A stretch of 63,468 bases of DNA from Bacillota bacterium (GCA_030656575.1 JAUSPO010000190.1:1-63468), one strand, 5' to 3'; shown: positions 16,892-27,254, counted from the first letter of the stretch. Numbers and translations: made by a program. The notes: generated by a model not told the origin, from the sequence alone.

Positions 16892-17665
16892 TTATCCATA
16901 ACTTTCCACCAGGGATTGTACCACCAGATACCAGCCGTCCACTAAGACAAAGAGCAAAATCTTAAAAGGCAGGGAAACTACCACAGGCGGCAGCATAAAC
17001 ATGCCCATAGACATAAGGGCGCTGGCGACAACCATATCGATCACTAAAAAGGGAATAAAGAGGATAAATCCCATTTGAAAAGCTGTTTTCAGTTCACTGA
17101 GCACGAAAGCAGGAACAAGCGCTGTAAAAGGCACTTCCAGCCCGGAAGCGGGTGTTTCCAGATCTGCTATTTCTATAAAAAGAGCCAGATCCTTTTCCCT
17201 GGTATTATTTAACATAAATTCCCTCAGGGGAAGGCCCCCTGCTTCTACAGCTTCCTCAAAGCTAATCCGCTCTTCTAAGTAGGGGGAAAGTGCTTCCTGG
17301 TTAATCTGGGTCAAAATAGGAGACATCACAAAAAACGTTAAAAAGAGGGCAAGTCCCACGATAACCTGATTTGGAGGAATCTGCTGTGTGGCCAGCGCGT
17401 TGCGCAAAAAACCGAGGACAATAACTATTCTTGTAAAAGAAGTCATAAGGATCACAAAAGACGGGGCGAGGCTAAGCACAGCAAGGAGAAGCATCAAGCG
17501 CAGAGTCCCAACCAACTGCTCCGGCTCCTCAGCTGTTCCAATCTGGAGGTTTATATCCGGGATAGGGATAATAGGCTGTGCCATGGCCGTCCCCTGCATA
17601 TAAAAGAGAACAGCAGCTATAAGAATTCCGCTTCCAAGCAAAGCCGGCAGCAACTTCTTTTTCAT
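16892..17665 (-). CDS. fliP: FliP export apparatus protein
   Basis: 257 aa with a signal-like N-terminus and conserved ...SFTRIVIVLGFLRNALATQQIPPNQV.... Confidence 0.9.
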   Translation of the reverse strand: MKKKLLPALLGSGILIAAVLFYMQGTAMAQPIIPIPDINLQIGTAEEPEQLVGTLRLMLLLAVLSLAPSFVILMTSFTRIVIVLGFLRNALATQQIPPNQVIVGLALFLTFFVMSPILTQINQEALSPYLEERISFEEAVEAGGLPLREFMLNNTREKDLALFIEIADLETPASGLEVPFTALVPAFVLSELKTAFQMGFILFIPFLVIDMVVASALMSMGMFMLPPVVVSLPFKILLFVLVDGWYLVVQSLVESYG

Positions 17666-17680
17666 AATGATTTTAATCCA

Positions 17681-18193
17681 CTACCCTTTCCGCTGCTCTC
17701 CATTTTTTTCTTCTAGTTCTAAAATTCTTGATAAATTCCCGGAATCCTCCTCAATCTTCTCCTTTTTTTTTGGTTTTCTTCCATCAAAAGGAAATATTTT
17801 TTGTAGAATGCCGTCGGTGGAGCTCCTTTTAATTGCGGAAGAGCTTTTCTCCTTGAGCTTTTCCAGCACTCCGGTAAAGGTAAGGGGTTGACTTACCTCC
17901 TTTCCCAGGGCCTGTGAAGGACTTAGAAATTCTTCATCGGGGGATGTGCCGAGATCTTTAAGCAGGGTTACAGCACCCCCTGCAGAGGCAATCAGCAGAT
18001 AGTCATTTCCCACTTTGACAATGTAAAGAAAGGTTCGGCTATTTAAAGCCGTTCTCTCTACAACCTGAACCCTTCGTCCCATACCAAGTGCAGGCGCAAA
18101 CCGGGGAAGAAAAAAACGCAAAGTGAAATAGGTCAATAAAACTACCAGGGGAAATGCGATTAGAAGACGCAGGTAATGATAAAATAAATCCAT
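17681..18193 (-). CDS. fliO: FliO/FliZ-like export apparatus accessory protein
   Basis: One N-terminal TM helix followed by ...VQVVERTALNSRTFLYIVKVGNDYLLIASAGGAVTLL. Located upstream of fliP. Confidence 0.75.
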   Translation of the reverse strand: MDLFYHYLRLLIAFPLVVLLTYFTLRFFLPRFAPALGMGRRVQVVERTALNSRTFLYIVKVGNDYLLIASAGGAVTLLKDLGTSPDEEFLSPSQALGKEVSQPLTFTGVLEKLKEKSSSAIKRSSTDGILQKIFPFDGRKPKKKEKIEEDSGNLSRILELEEKNGEQRKG

Positions 18194-18226
18194 TTTTAAA
18201 CCTCTTTCCTTGCCTGGAAGGAGATC

Positions 18227-18727
18227 TTAAGAATCAGAGACATCATCCTCTTCCTTAAGCTCCTTTGGTGCTTCCGATGTTCCGATGGAAGTTATCCTTA
18301 ACCCGAAGCGGTCATTAATAATCACAACTTCTCCCTGTCCAAGGTACTGGTTATTTAATAAGATAGTAGCGCTTTCCCCAGCCATCTTATTCAGCTTTAT
18401 AAGAGAACCCTCTTCAAGCTTGAGGAGATCCCGTACCGTTATCTCTGCCGTACCTAACTCTCCGCTAAGCATAAGGGGAATGCTGTTAAAGAAATCCAGC
18501 CCCGGTTTATCCATTGCGGAAGCTGTTTTACGAGATTTTAACGGGGCAAACTCCACTTTTTCAACCAGAGGACCCGTTTCTTTTTCCTTTTTATAATCTT
18601 TGGGTACCCGGGCATCAGCGGATGGCTTAGGACCATTAGAGTCGATAATTTCATTATTTTTGGGATTTATACCCCTGAGCAAAGCATCAATTTCATCCTG
18701 GTTTAATGAACCTCCCAACAAAAACAC
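18227..18727 (-). CDS. Second FliN-domain protein with an N-terminal LNQDEIDALL peptide
   Basis: 166 aa. The C-terminus ITVRDLLKLEEGSLIKLNKMAGESATILLNNQYLGQGEVVIINDRFGLRITSI is a FliN/SpoA domain. It sits where fliM/fliY sit in B. subtilis. Confidence 0.8.
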   Translation of the reverse strand: MFLLGGSLNQDEIDALLRGINPKNNEIIDSNGPKPSADARVPKDYKKEKETGPLVEKVEFAPLKSRKTASAMDKPGLDFFNSIPLMLSGELGTAEITVRDLLKLEEGSLIKLNKMAGESATILLNNQYLGQGEVVIINDRFGLRITSIGTSEAPKELKEEDDVSDS

Positions 18728-18733
18728 CCCTCA

Positions 18734-19258
18734 CTACTGGATTAGAACGTGCCAGAAATATACTCCCCTTAATTCACCGTTGCACAGGATACCATCAATG
18801 GAATGTAACAGTTCTGTTCTCAGGTTTTCCTTCCCCTCAGGAGCGCTGATCTCTTCAGCGTTTGTATCCCAGAGAATTGTATTTACTAAATCTCTGATCT
18901 CCGGCATACGCCTCTCAATCTCTTCCTCCAGCTTGGGCTCATCATAACCCAGATAAAATTTAACACTGAGAAAGCGTCCCCTGCCGCCGTCAGACAGATT
19001 TACCAAAATCTCAGGCACCTCATACATAAAATCAGGCTCTTTTATAAAAGACTCCTCTGTATCTTCTTTAGTAAAATTCAACAGCAGCTGTTCTGCAAAA
19101 CCCATCTTAACTGCGGCAATTCCCGACAGCAGTAAAACAACTGCGAAAATAATAATGATAAGAATAAACCTTTTTTTCTTGTTAGCCTGCGGGGCTTTTT
19201 TCCCTTTTTCTTCTTCCGTGTTGCCCCGGGATCTTTCCTGTGCCAAAGGATCAGTCAC
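18734..19258 (-). CDS. fliL: FliL flagellar basal-body-associated protein
   Basis: 174 aa. Lys-rich N-terminus, a single TM helix, then ...ILVNLSDGGRGRFLSVKFYLGY.... Confidence 0.85.
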   Translation of the reverse strand: MTDPLAQERSRGNTEEEKGKKAPQANKKKRFILIIIIFAVVLLLSGIAAVKMGFAEQLLLNFTKEDTEESFIKEPDFMYEVPEILVNLSDGGRGRFLSVKFYLGYDEPKLEEEIERRMPEIRDLVNTILWDTNAEEISAPEGKENLRTELLHSIDGILCNGELRGVYFWHVLIQ

Positions 19259-19259
19259 C

Positions 19260-20042
19260 TCATTCGTTTATAATTTGGATGATAGATATTACAAGTGTCA
19301 CCCTGCGATTACGGGCCCGGCCCTCCGCCGTTTCATTACTGTCAAGGGGGTGATACTCTCCATAACCTGTAGCAATAAAACGTCCCGGATCCAGTCCATG
19401 CTGTTCCACAAGATAGCGGGCCACGCTTACAGAACGCGCTACAGAAAGCTCCCAGTTGCTGGGATAAAGAAAGGTCCTGATCGGGACATTATCTGTATGC
19501 CCTTCAACGATAATCTGGTTGCGCAGTCTGGACAAAAGCTCTGCCAGAAGTTCCAGCGTGTATAAGAAATCAGGCTTAAGTTCAGCCCGACCCGTATCGA
19601 AAAGGATCTTTTCAGGCAGCTCCATAACGATACCCCGTTCTTCCATCCGCAGCATGATATCGTCTTCCATTCCCGCTTCCCTGAGGAATTCCCTCACTTC
19701 CCCGTAGGTTTCCTCCAACTGCCTGATCATTTCTAAAACAGCAAGATCCTGCTCCCGAATAATTTGTTCAGGATCCACGGCCAGATGCTCCGCCCTGTCG
19801 AGGCGCTGCCCCTCTTCGGCTCCCAGGTCGGTAGTACCCACCAGAATGCCTGTCCTGCCCATAAAGGAATGCTGGACAGCGGACATAACCTCGTTAAAGC
19901 GCTGCACATCGATGGAAGAAAAAGAATACAGCAAAACAAAAAAGACCAGCAGTAGCGTAACCATATCACCGTAGGTATTCATCCAGGCTGGAGAACCGGG
20001 AATATCGTTATCTGCTTTTGCACCCCTTTGTTTTCTTCTCAA
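19260..20042 (-). CDS. motB: MotB stator protein (OmpA-like C-terminal domain)
   Basis: AWMNTYGDMVTLLLVFFVLL plug/TM with the conserved Asp, and a C-terminal OmpA-like domain (GHTDNVPI...SNWELSVARSVSVARYL...NRRV). Confidence 0.9.
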   Translation of the reverse strand: MRRKQRGAKADNDIPGSPAWMNTYGDMVTLLLVFFVLLYSFSSIDVQRFNEVMSAVQHSFMGRTGILVGTTDLGAEEGQRLDRAEHLAVDPEQIIREQDLAVLEMIRQLEETYGEVREFLREAGMEDDIMLRMEERGIVMELPEKILFDTGRAELKPDFLYTLELLAELLSRLRNQIIVEGHTDNVPIRTFLYPSNWELSVARSVSVARYLVEQHGLDPGRFIATGYGEYHPLDSNETAEGRARNRRVTLVISIIQIINE

Positions 20043-20055
20043 TTAATTCACATCC

Positions 20056-20874
20056 TTAGGCCATAGCTTCTTCTTCCGAGGCCCTCTCCTGATCAGTTTT
20101 TTTGCCAGACAGGTTTTCCCGTTCCTGGGGAGAGAGGTATGCTTTAAGTTTTTCCTGCAGTATACGGGGGTTCACACCCGCCTGCAGGGAAAGAACTGCA
20201 TCGATAATAGCCTCCTTGCGGGATACTTCCACTTCACTGCGAATAGCCAGTTTCCCGGCGATAGGGTTTAAGATAAGATTCGCCATCAGCACTCCGTAAA
20301 AGGTAGTTAAAAGGGCCACAGCCATTCCCGGCCCGATAGCGTCAGGGTTGTTCAGAGCGGAAAGCATCTGTACCAGTCCGATAAGAGTGCCGATCATACC
20401 AAAAGCCGGTGTGAGCGAACCCCACGTGCGATAGAGATTCTGCCCCATATTGTGGCGCTGGGTGAGAGTATGAATCTCCGTCTCCATAATATCCCGGATG
20501 GAATCCGGCTCAAAGCCGTCGATAACCATCTGGAGGCCGTTACGTAAAAAAGGATCCTCGATCTCTTCCAGTTGATCCTCCAGGGCCAGCAGCCCTTCCC
20601 TGCGGGCCTTTTGTGCCAGGTTCACAAAAATCTGCTCCAGGGAGCTGATGTTCTCGTTTTTATTGAAAATTACCTGCGCTGTGATCTTCATAACCTGGCG
20701 GACCTGATCCATCTGATAATTTATCATCATTGCCCCGAAGGAGCCTCCCAGGGTGATCATCAATCCCGGCCAATTGATGAATGCACTGAGGGAACTTCCC
20801 ATCATGATTCCCCAAAGAACCAGTCCCATCCCAAAAACGGCGCCACCTATTGTTAAAAAGTCAAATCTTTTCAT
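20056..20874 (-). CDS. motA: MotA stator protein
   Basis: Starts MKRFDF after AAGGGCGG (the ORF track start at 20904 is less likely). Four TM segments and a ...AFGMIGTLIGLVQML...ALLTTFYGVLMAN signature. Confidence 0.9.
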   Translation of the reverse strand: MKRFDFLTIGGAVFGMGLVLWGIMMGSSLSAFINWPGLMITLGGSFGAMMINYQMDQVRQVMKITAQVIFNKNENISSLEQIFVNLAQKARREGLLALEDQLEEIEDPFLRNGLQMVIDGFEPDSIRDIMETEIHTLTQRHNMGQNLYRTWGSLTPAFGMIGTLIGLVQMLSALNNPDAIGPGMAVALLTTFYGVLMANLILNPIAGKLAIRSEVEVSRKEAIIDAVLSLQAGVNPRILQEKLKAYLSPQERENLSGKKTDQERASEEEAMA

Positions 20875-20905
20875 TGAATAACCGCCCTTACGTACGTCCT
20901 GCACA

Positions 20906-20953
20906 CAAAAAAGAAGAAAGGGGGGATGGATGGCTTTTTTCCTTCAATCCCCC
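20906..20953 (-). terminator. Possible attenuator/terminator between flgE and motA
   Basis: Minus strand GGGGGAT...ATCCCCC stem followed by TTTCTTCTTTTTT. Confidence 0.35.
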
Positions 20954-20969
20954 ATAATTCGGAAAATAG

Positions 20970-22187
20970 TTAACGTTTAATATTAATCAATTCCAGCAGG
21001 ACTTCGTCAGAAGTACTGATCATTCTCGTGTTGGCCTGAAAAGCCCGGGTGGCGATGATCATTTCTATAAACTCATTAGCCAGATCCACATTTGACATTT
21101 CCAGAGCCCTTGACTGGATCATCCCACGCCCCTCCGTGCCGGGTAAACCAATACGGGGGTCTCCGGAGTTGGAAGAAACATCATAAAGGTTAGCTCCCAT
21201 TTTAAACAACCCCTGGGGATTGGCGAAAGCCGCCATGGCCAGCTGGGCAATCTGCCTGACCATCCCGTTGGTATATGTGCCTGTAATAACTCCCGTGGAC
21301 TCGATATTGAAGGAGACAAGTTCACCAGGGGCAAAACCGTCCTGTTCCCTGGCAATAACGTTGCCGGAAAAAGCGAGCTGGGTTATTGCACTGAAGTCAA
21401 TCTCCACATCAAGATCTTCAGCCCCGGTCCCGGGAACAAAGCTAAAGGTAAATGCACCATCAGGGGGGGGGGCAAAGCGGCCGCCTTCTGTAAAAGTAAT
21501 CGTCCCTCCTCCTTCTATCTCAATATCTCCATCACTATGACTAATCGAATATTCCCATTCATTATCCCCGGTTTTAGTAAATTCGAAGGTAATGGCATGC
21601 CTGTTTCCCAGGGAATCGTAAACATAAGCATCGTATTCGTATTCGTCCGAGACCAAAGCAGCGGCGTTCAGGTTGCCTGAGAATCCAACATATGTTGTAC
21701 TGCGGGCGATCATCTCTTCCCCCAGGGGAATATGAATATATCCAAGAGGCTGGGATATATCTGTTTTTTCTCCAACCCATCCCATGAGCTTCAGGCCGTT
21801 GGCGTTCACAAGGACTCCCGATGAATCCCGGACCAATGACCCGTCCCTTGTGTAGTAGTTCTGTTGACCATTGCTGACGACAAAAAAGCCCCTGCCCTCA
21901 ATAGCAAGATCCGTTTCCCTGCCGGTGCTGGTAATTGCACCCTGGGTATGCACCGTGTCAATCGATGAAATCTCCATGCCCAATCCGATCTGCATGGGGT
22001 TAACACCTCCCCTGCCCTTCATGGGAGCAGTGGCACCTCTTAGGGTCTGGCTGAAAATATCCTGAAATCTGGTAACCTCACTTTTATAAGACACCGTATT
22101 AACGTTTGCGATATTATTACCTACCACGTCCAGCTTGATCTGATGGTTTCTCAGGCCTGAAACGGCCGTGGACAATGAACGTAACAT
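20970..22187 (-). CDS. flgE: FlgE flagellar hook protein
   Basis: MLRSLSTAVSGLRNHQIKLDVVGNNIANVNTVSYK N-terminus and SRALEMSNVDLANEFIEMIIATRAFQANTR C-terminus. ATG at 22187 after TGGAGG. Confidence 0.9.
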   Translation of the reverse strand: MLRSLSTAVSGLRNHQIKLDVVGNNIANVNTVSYKSEVTRFQDIFSQTLRGATAPMKGRGGVNPMQIGLGMEISSIDTVHTQGAITSTGRETDLAIEGRGFFVVSNGQQNYYTRDGSLVRDSSGVLVNANGLKLMGWVGEKTDISQPLGYIHIPLGEEMIARSTTYVGFSGNLNAAALVSDEYEYDAYVYDSLGNRHAITFEFTKTGDNEWEYSISHSDGDIEIEGGGTITFTEGGRFAPPPDGAFTFSFVPGTGAEDLDVEIDFSAITQLAFSGNVIAREQDGFAPGELVSFNIESTGVITGTYTNGMVRQIAQLAMAAFANPQGLFKMGANLYDVSSNSGDPRIGLPGTEGRGMIQSRALEMSNVDLANEFIEMIIATRAFQANTRMISTSDEVLLELINIKR

Positions 22188-22295
22188 AATATGACCTCCA
22201 TTCAAATTTTGATCCTACAGTTTAGCTTATTAATCAGACGCGGGCTGCTTCAGTCATTCCACAGCCCAGGGCTTCCTCAATAAGGAGGTCCGGCC

Positions 22296-22682
22296 CTATT
22301 CCACCACCACGGCGCTATCGATATTTGTAAAGAGATGATCTTTCATACTCTTTCCATCCAAGGCTGTAATGATCGTGCGGCTCTGCACCCCGGCAACAAA
22401 CGCCATATCCCCGTAAAGCAGAAGAGATGAACGGCATCCCCTGGCAGCGGCTTTTTCCACCGCATTTTCCAGCTTCCCCAGTTCCTCAGGCCCGAGGGCT
22501 ATACTGCGTGACTGCAGGCGATGTTGGGCGTGAGCAGAGAAACTGAGGCCCGATGTCTTTGTTTTTTCCAGGACACCGGCAAAACTCTCCTGCTCTCCAA
22601 CGGTTCTGCTCTTATTTTTTACCCCGCTATTTTCCATTGGAGGCGGGATAAAAGGGAAATTCACCCGGTTATCTGTCATCAC
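22296..22682 (-). CDS. Small conserved 'flagellar operon protein' found between flgD and flgE in Firmicutes
   Basis: 128-aa ORF (...LSFSAHAQHRLQSRSIALGPEELGKLENAVEKAAARG...). Assignment rests on position and remembered family resemblance only. Confidence 0.55.
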   Translation of the reverse strand: MMTDNRVNFPFIPPPMENSGVKNKSRTVGEQESFAGVLEKTKTSGLSFSAHAQHRLQSRSIALGPEELGKLENAVEKAAARGCRSSLLLYGDMAFVAGVQSRTIITALDGKSMKDHLFTNIDSAVVVE

Positions 22683-22699
22683 TTCACCACCCTCTTTCT

Positions 22700-23134
22700 T
22701 TATTCCCCTGCATCCGATGATCCTTTTACCCAGTTTAAGGCTTTTAAGGGATATTCCTTCTCGTTCACCTTCAGCAGCGGCAGCCCTTCCTGAAATCGTA
22801 CCGCAGTCACTTCCCCCTTCACCGTTTCACCATTTTCGCCTGTAATCTCCACAACCTTGTTTAAAAGGTTCAAAGCCTGGATGGGAGCCTGGGACGCGGC
22901 AAAGTTTTCCAGCGTCTGCTGGAGCTTTACTACTCTTTCCAATAGGGTAAACTGGGCCACCTGGGACATAAAGTCCCCCATATCCTGCCCCCCGCTGAAA
23001 GGGTCCTGGTAACGCATCTGAGTAACTAACAACTGGAGGAACATATCGCCGCCCATTTCCATGTTCTTATTAGGTACTGAGCCGGACTGACTGCTGTAAG
23101 CCCCGGAAGAACCTGCAGCATTGACTTCTACCAT
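22700..23134 (-). CDS. flgD: FlgD hook capping/assembly protein
   Basis: ...DMFLQLLVTQMRYQDPFS... signature. ATG at 23134 after AGGGGG. Confidence 0.85.
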   Translation of the reverse strand: MVEVNAAGSSGAYSSQSGSVPNKNMEMGGDMFLQLLVTQMRYQDPFSGGQDMGDFMSQVAQFTLLERVVKLQQTLENFAASQAPIQALNLLNKVVEITGENGETVKGEVTAVRFQEGLPLLKVNEKEYPLKALNWVKGSSDAGE

Positions 23135-23158
23135 TGTAAAACCCCCTGTTTTCATGCT

Positions 23159-24538
23159 CTAAACAAAGTAATCCACCATTCGTGTGCTACCCCATAATGA
23201 ACCGGATGAAGATAAGACTCTCTCACCCTCTTTAAGACTTTCTGAACGATCTCCCCAGGGGAAGTCCTCTGACTGGGGGCCTCTTCCAAATGGAGAACCA
23301 TCATGGGCTTCATCCCGTACAGAGACGTTAAAGTGCTCTATGTTGAGGTCCATCTCCCAAAAACGCTGGCGCAGTGTTTCAAGTTGTCCTTCCAGCAGTT
23401 CTTTTACCGCTAGATGGCTTGTAATAATTTCACCGGTAAGCTTTTCATTCATAAACCGCACACGAATCAAAACTTGCCCGAGAAATTCAGGTTCCAACTT
23501 AAGACGCAGTTCCTGCTCACCAGGCCGCGCCAGAAACTCCATCCTGCCAACAATTTGTGAGAGAATTTCTTTGGGATGCAGCATGGCATATTCACGGGGC
23601 TGCCCGTAAGAAGATATGAAAGGAGCTTTTACTCCCCCCTCATCCTGAAAGGTGCTGTTTAAGGGGAAACGGCCCTCTCCCACCTCCGGAAATAACATGG
23701 GATTTCTGTTTGAGGCTCCGGAGTCTCCCTTTTCACCTTCTTCTGAGAAGAAGGGACCTGTGAAAGTTTCCTGCCCTTCTCGTTCTTCTCCCAGGCAAGC
23801 ATGCAAAAACCCCTCAAGACGGGAAAGTATGGTGGGAAAAGATCTTTCCCGGGACAAGTCCTCATCCGAAGTAATTTTTCCTGAGATGTAATTTTCCAAT
23901 TCCTGCAGGATTGCCGGAGGAAGTTCCTGAAGAGATTTCCCCTCCCGCAGCATTGAAGCAATAAACGCTCCGGCCTTCGGGTTCAAGGCACCCTGCTCAT
24001 TTTGCAAAAACAGATCCGATTTTGGAAGAGCATTATTCCCCCTGTTTTGACTAACGTCCTGGAGTAAGTCATCCAGAGAATTCTGCAAATCTAGATGCTG
24101 TTTCCCTGAAATCCCATTGTCCATGATTGTTTTTTCCGTTTGCAGAGAATCATCTGCAATAGATGTTAGTATGAATCGCACCAGTTCCTTTTCTGGGGGA
24201 GCAAGTTCATCCCACTGCCCGATAATTTCCGGTGGAATAAGATCCTGTAAAAAATTCTGTCCAAACTCACGGATGGTCTGTTCCTGCTCCTGCAGAAGCT
24301 CACCTGTCTCCATTTCAGGATATTCCGGATGAAAAGAAAACATCAATCCGTTGACCATCCCCGGCATTGCCTGCTCTCCTTCAGGCTGCCTGACATCTTC
24401 TTCGTTGGATGACGAAAAGATTCCTTCTAATAAAGCGCTGAAGTTATCGCCGGTTTTCTCCTGCAGACGGCCCTGACCCAACCTGTTTCCCTGTGGGGAA
24501 ACTAATGCAGGGGAAATTGCTGCTTCTGTTGTTCTCAT
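23159..24538 (-). CDS. fliK: FliK hook-length control protein
   Basis: 459 aa. Low-complexity N-terminal part and a C-terminal Flg_hook-type domain (ELRLKLEPEFLGQVLIRVRFMNEKLTGEIITSH). Confidence 0.8.
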   Translation of the reverse strand: MRTTEAAISPALVSPQGNRLGQGRLQEKTGDNFSALLEGIFSSSNEEDVRQPEGEQAMPGMVNGLMFSFHPEYPEMETGELLQEQEQTIREFGQNFLQDLIPPEIIGQWDELAPPEKELVRFILTSIADDSLQTEKTIMDNGISGKQHLDLQNSLDDLLQDVSQNRGNNALPKSDLFLQNEQGALNPKAGAFIASMLREGKSLQELPPAILQELENYISGKITSDEDLSRERSFPTILSRLEGFLHACLGEEREGQETFTGPFFSEEGEKGDSGASNRNPMLFPEVGEGRFPLNSTFQDEGGVKAPFISSYGQPREYAMLHPKEILSQIVGRMEFLARPGEQELRLKLEPEFLGQVLIRVRFMNEKLTGEIITSHLAVKELLEGQLETLRQRFWEMDLNIEHFNVSVRDEAHDGSPFGRGPQSEDFPWGDRSESLKEGERVLSSSGSLWGSTRMVDYFV

Positions 24539-24573
24539 TCCTATTAATCACCTCCTTTCAGAAGGGGTTGTTC

Positions 24574-25017
24574 TTACTTTTCTTTGCGGAGATAACCGTA
24601 AAGAGAAATTTCGTCGTTGAAGCGCTGTTCCTTTGCATTCTCTTCCCTGGTGTATCTGCCCAGGTCCTTTTCCTTAAGCTTTTCCAACACCTGGCAGCCT
24701 TTCCACGATTCAACGACATGCTGCCGCTGCTTCTCAACCTGTTCCTGGCTCTGCCCAAGTTCCTGCTTCTTGCAGCGGAAGCGTTCCTGGAGAAAAGTCC
24801 GGTAGCTTTCAATAGACATCAAAGCAAATACATCAATCTTTTCAACCTGCCGCCCCCGGTGGAATTCCAGAAGTTGCTCAGACTTATGCTCCAATCTTTT
24901 CAACTCTTCCTCAATCTCAAGAAGTTCCCGCTGCCTGCGGGAAAGTTCCTCCTGGGCAAGGCTTTTTTGACTGTCCCGGTAATCAAGGAGTTTTTGAAGC
25001 TTGAAATCAAAGGCCAT
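24574..25017 (-). CDS. fliJ: FliJ export chaperone/stalk protein
   Basis: 147-aa all-coiled-coil ORF (MAFDFKLQKLLDYRDSQKSLAQEELSRRQRELLEIE) directly after fliI. Confidence 0.85.
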   Translation of the reverse strand: MAFDFKLQKLLDYRDSQKSLAQEELSRRQRELLEIEEELKRLEHKSEQLLEFHRGRQVEKIDVFALMSIESYRTFLQERFRCKKQELGQSQEQVEKQRQHVVESWKGCQVLEKLKEKDLGRYTREENAKEQRFNDEISLYGYLRKEK

Positions 25018-25124
25018 TTTCTTACCTCACTTCAACAAATATGATCAGAATTTATGGCTCTCCATTTATATTTTCGCATCAAATCCATTTTTTTAAAGGA
25101 GTCAAACTGTAATTATTCCTAAAA

Positions 25125-26465
25125 TTATGAAGAATTTCCCCCTTTTCCGTCAAAAAGGAGAGAAAGGGCATCTCTTCCCTCCTGCAGGGAAACTGACTCG
25201 CCCATATCCTGACAGAGAAAAGACTTAAGCTTCTCCTTGTAGTCAATAGCCCTGTCCACCAGGGGATTGGAACCTTTTATGTAAGCACCGATATTGATCA
25301 GGTCTTGTGAGTCCCTGTAAGCAGATAGAAGTTCCCTGACCTGGGAGGCCTGACCCTTGTGCTCTTCTCCAACAAGGTAAGGCATGAGCCTGCTCACACT
25401 TTGAAGAACATCAATGGCTGGAAAGTGATTCCTGCCTGCCAGATCCCTGCTGAGAACGATATGTCCATCGAGGATCCCTCTCACGGCATCAGCGATAGGT
25501 TCGTTAAAATCATCACCATCCACAAGTACCGTATAAAAGCCGGTAATAGAACCGCGACGAGAAGTGCCGGAACGCTCTAAAATTTTGGGCAGCGTGGCAA
25601 AAACAGAAGGCGTGTAACCCTTAGTGGCCGGCGGCTCACCGATAGCAAGGCCCACTTCTCTGAGGGCCATGGCAAAACGGGTAACAGAATCCATCATGAG
25701 AACCACATTAAGCCCCTTGTCACGAAAATACTCCGCAATCGTAGTTGAGACAAGGGCAGCCTTAACCCTTTCCAGGGCAGGACGATCCGAAGTGGAAACT
25801 ACAACCACAGAACGCTTCAAGCCTTCAGGACCCAGGTCGTTATTAAGAAAATCCCCTACCTCGCGACCTCTTTCACCAACCAGACCGATAACATTCACAT
25901 CAGCATTGCTGTACCGGGCGATCATACCCATAAGTGTGCTCTTTCCAACCCCGCTTCCGGAGAAGATACCTACACGCTGCCCCTGTCCGCAGGTCAGGAG
26001 TGTATCTATTGCCCTCACACCGGTAGCCATAACCTGATTTATGGGTTTCCTTTCCAGGGGATTGGGAGGAAAATTTTCCACAGGCAGAGATTTTAATCCG
26101 TTCTCCATAGCCCCACCCTGAAAGGGATTACCCAGACCATTGAGAACCTTACCCAAAAGACTGGAACCGGCCCTCACGAAAAAGGGCTCACCTGTCGCCT
26201 CAACGCAACAACCGGGGCCAATACCCCTGAGGTTGCCGAGAGGCATCAAAAGTGCTCTGCCCTGGCGGAAGCCTACCACCTCAGCCATTACCGGTTCGGA
26301 TATTCCCTTTACCTCCACGAGGCAGACTTCCCCCACATAGGGTCGTATCCCACTGACTTCCATAACCAGCCCAATAACCTGAGTAACCCGCCCTTTCACA
26401 TTTATGGCAGGGCAGGTCCAAATTTCCTGATAATACTTGGCATAATTAATGGATTTGCTTTCCAA
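25125..26465 (-). CDS. fliI: FliI flagellar export ATPase
   Basis: Walker A GSGVGKST, Walker B VVLMMDSVTRFA, F1-beta-like. TTG start after GAGGAGG. Confidence 0.95.
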   Translation of the reverse strand: MESKSINYAKYYQEIWTCPAINVKGRVTQVIGLVMEVSGIRPYVGEVCLVEVKGISEPVMAEVVGFRQGRALLMPLGNLRGIGPGCCVEATGEPFFVRAGSSLLGKVLNGLGNPFQGGAMENGLKSLPVENFPPNPLERKPINQVMATGVRAIDTLLTCGQGQRVGIFSGSGVGKSTLMGMIARYSNADVNVIGLVGERGREVGDFLNNDLGPEGLKRSVVVVSTSDRPALERVKAALVSTTIAEYFRDKGLNVVLMMDSVTRFAMALREVGLAIGEPPATKGYTPSVFATLPKILERSGTSRRGSITGFYTVLVDGDDFNEPIADAVRGILDGHIVLSRDLAGRNHFPAIDVLQSVSRLMPYLVGEEHKGQASQVRELLSAYRDSQDLINIGAYIKGSNPLVDRAIDYKEKLKSFLCQDMGESVSLQEGRDALSLLFDGKGGNSS

Positions 26466-26489
26466 AGGCTTAAGCCTCCTCTGAAGGCA

Positions 26490-27254
26490 TCACAACAGAT
26501 CATCTTCCTCTTCTATAATTGTCTCCCCGGCTGATAGAGCCAGGCTCATAAGTTTCTTTCCGAGAATATCCAGTTCCTTTTGCAGATGCAGTTCCACCTC
26601 TGCCTCATCTGATTGGACTTTGCAGCTCCCCAGCGGTATTTCTTCATCCGGAATTATTTCAAGGGTTACATCCTTTTTTAGGAGACCCTGCAGCCTCTGC
26701 CTGCTTTCCCGGCATATTTTTTCATCCAGGGGGTTGACTCTCAGAATAACATTCTGTCCGGCGGGGAGAGCCTCGAGGCTTCTGGCCATAACTGCCAGGA
26801 TACAACCTAAATCCATCTCCACCTTGTGATTAAGAATTTTTTCAGCAAGATTGAGAGCTATTTGAATGATCTCCGGTTCCGCCCCGGCAATAATTTCCCG
26901 CCGTTCCCTGTGGGCATCTTCGAGGGTCATACGGGCATCTTCTCTAAGTCCAGCGGACTCTTCCTCCGCTTTTTTAAATCCTTCTGCATAACCTTCATCC
27001 CTGGACTTTTCTCTAATGGATAAGGCCTCATCTGCAGCCTGCTCCAGCATCTTACAGCACTGCTCGCTGGCTTCTTCCTGTGCCTTCTTCAGGCGATCCT
27101 CCTCCTGCAGCTCCATTTCCTCAAAGCTGATATCCGTCTGCTGAGAATCTGCTGTATCACCGGGGCTTAGTCCCTCCAGCCTCGGCTGGTAGACCTTCCA
27201 GCCCCTTACAATAAGTCCCCGCAGTATTCTAGGCGATGATGGCATCTTCCCCAC
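26490..27254 (-). CDS. fliH: FliH export ATPase regulator
   Basis: 254 aa with a Glu-rich coiled-coil and a FliH C-terminal domain. Located between fliG and fliI; start ambiguous. Confidence 0.8.
   Translation of the reverse strand: MGKMPSSPRILRGLIVRGWKVYQPRLEGLSPGDTADSQQTDISFEEMELQEEDRLKKAQEEASEQCCKMLEQAADEALSIREKSRDEGYAEGFKKAEEESAGLREDARMTLEDAHRERREIIAGAEPEIIQIALNLAEKILNHKVEMDLGCILAVMARSLEALPAGQNVILRVNPLDEKICRESRQRLQGLLKKDVTLEIIPDEEIPLGSCKVQSDEAEVELHLQKELDILGKKLMSLALSAGETIIEEEDDLL

Noticed and set aside
24493-25044. Long antisense ORFs opposite well-supported genes. Examples: 24493-25044, 31194-31910, 5245-5883, 27236-27829, 46290-46862, 47187-47804, 48610-49062 and 440-913 beyond position 616.
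   Set aside because: They are shadow ORFs on the opposite strand of genes with clear family signatures. They are low-complexity or have no recognisable motifs and no RBS.
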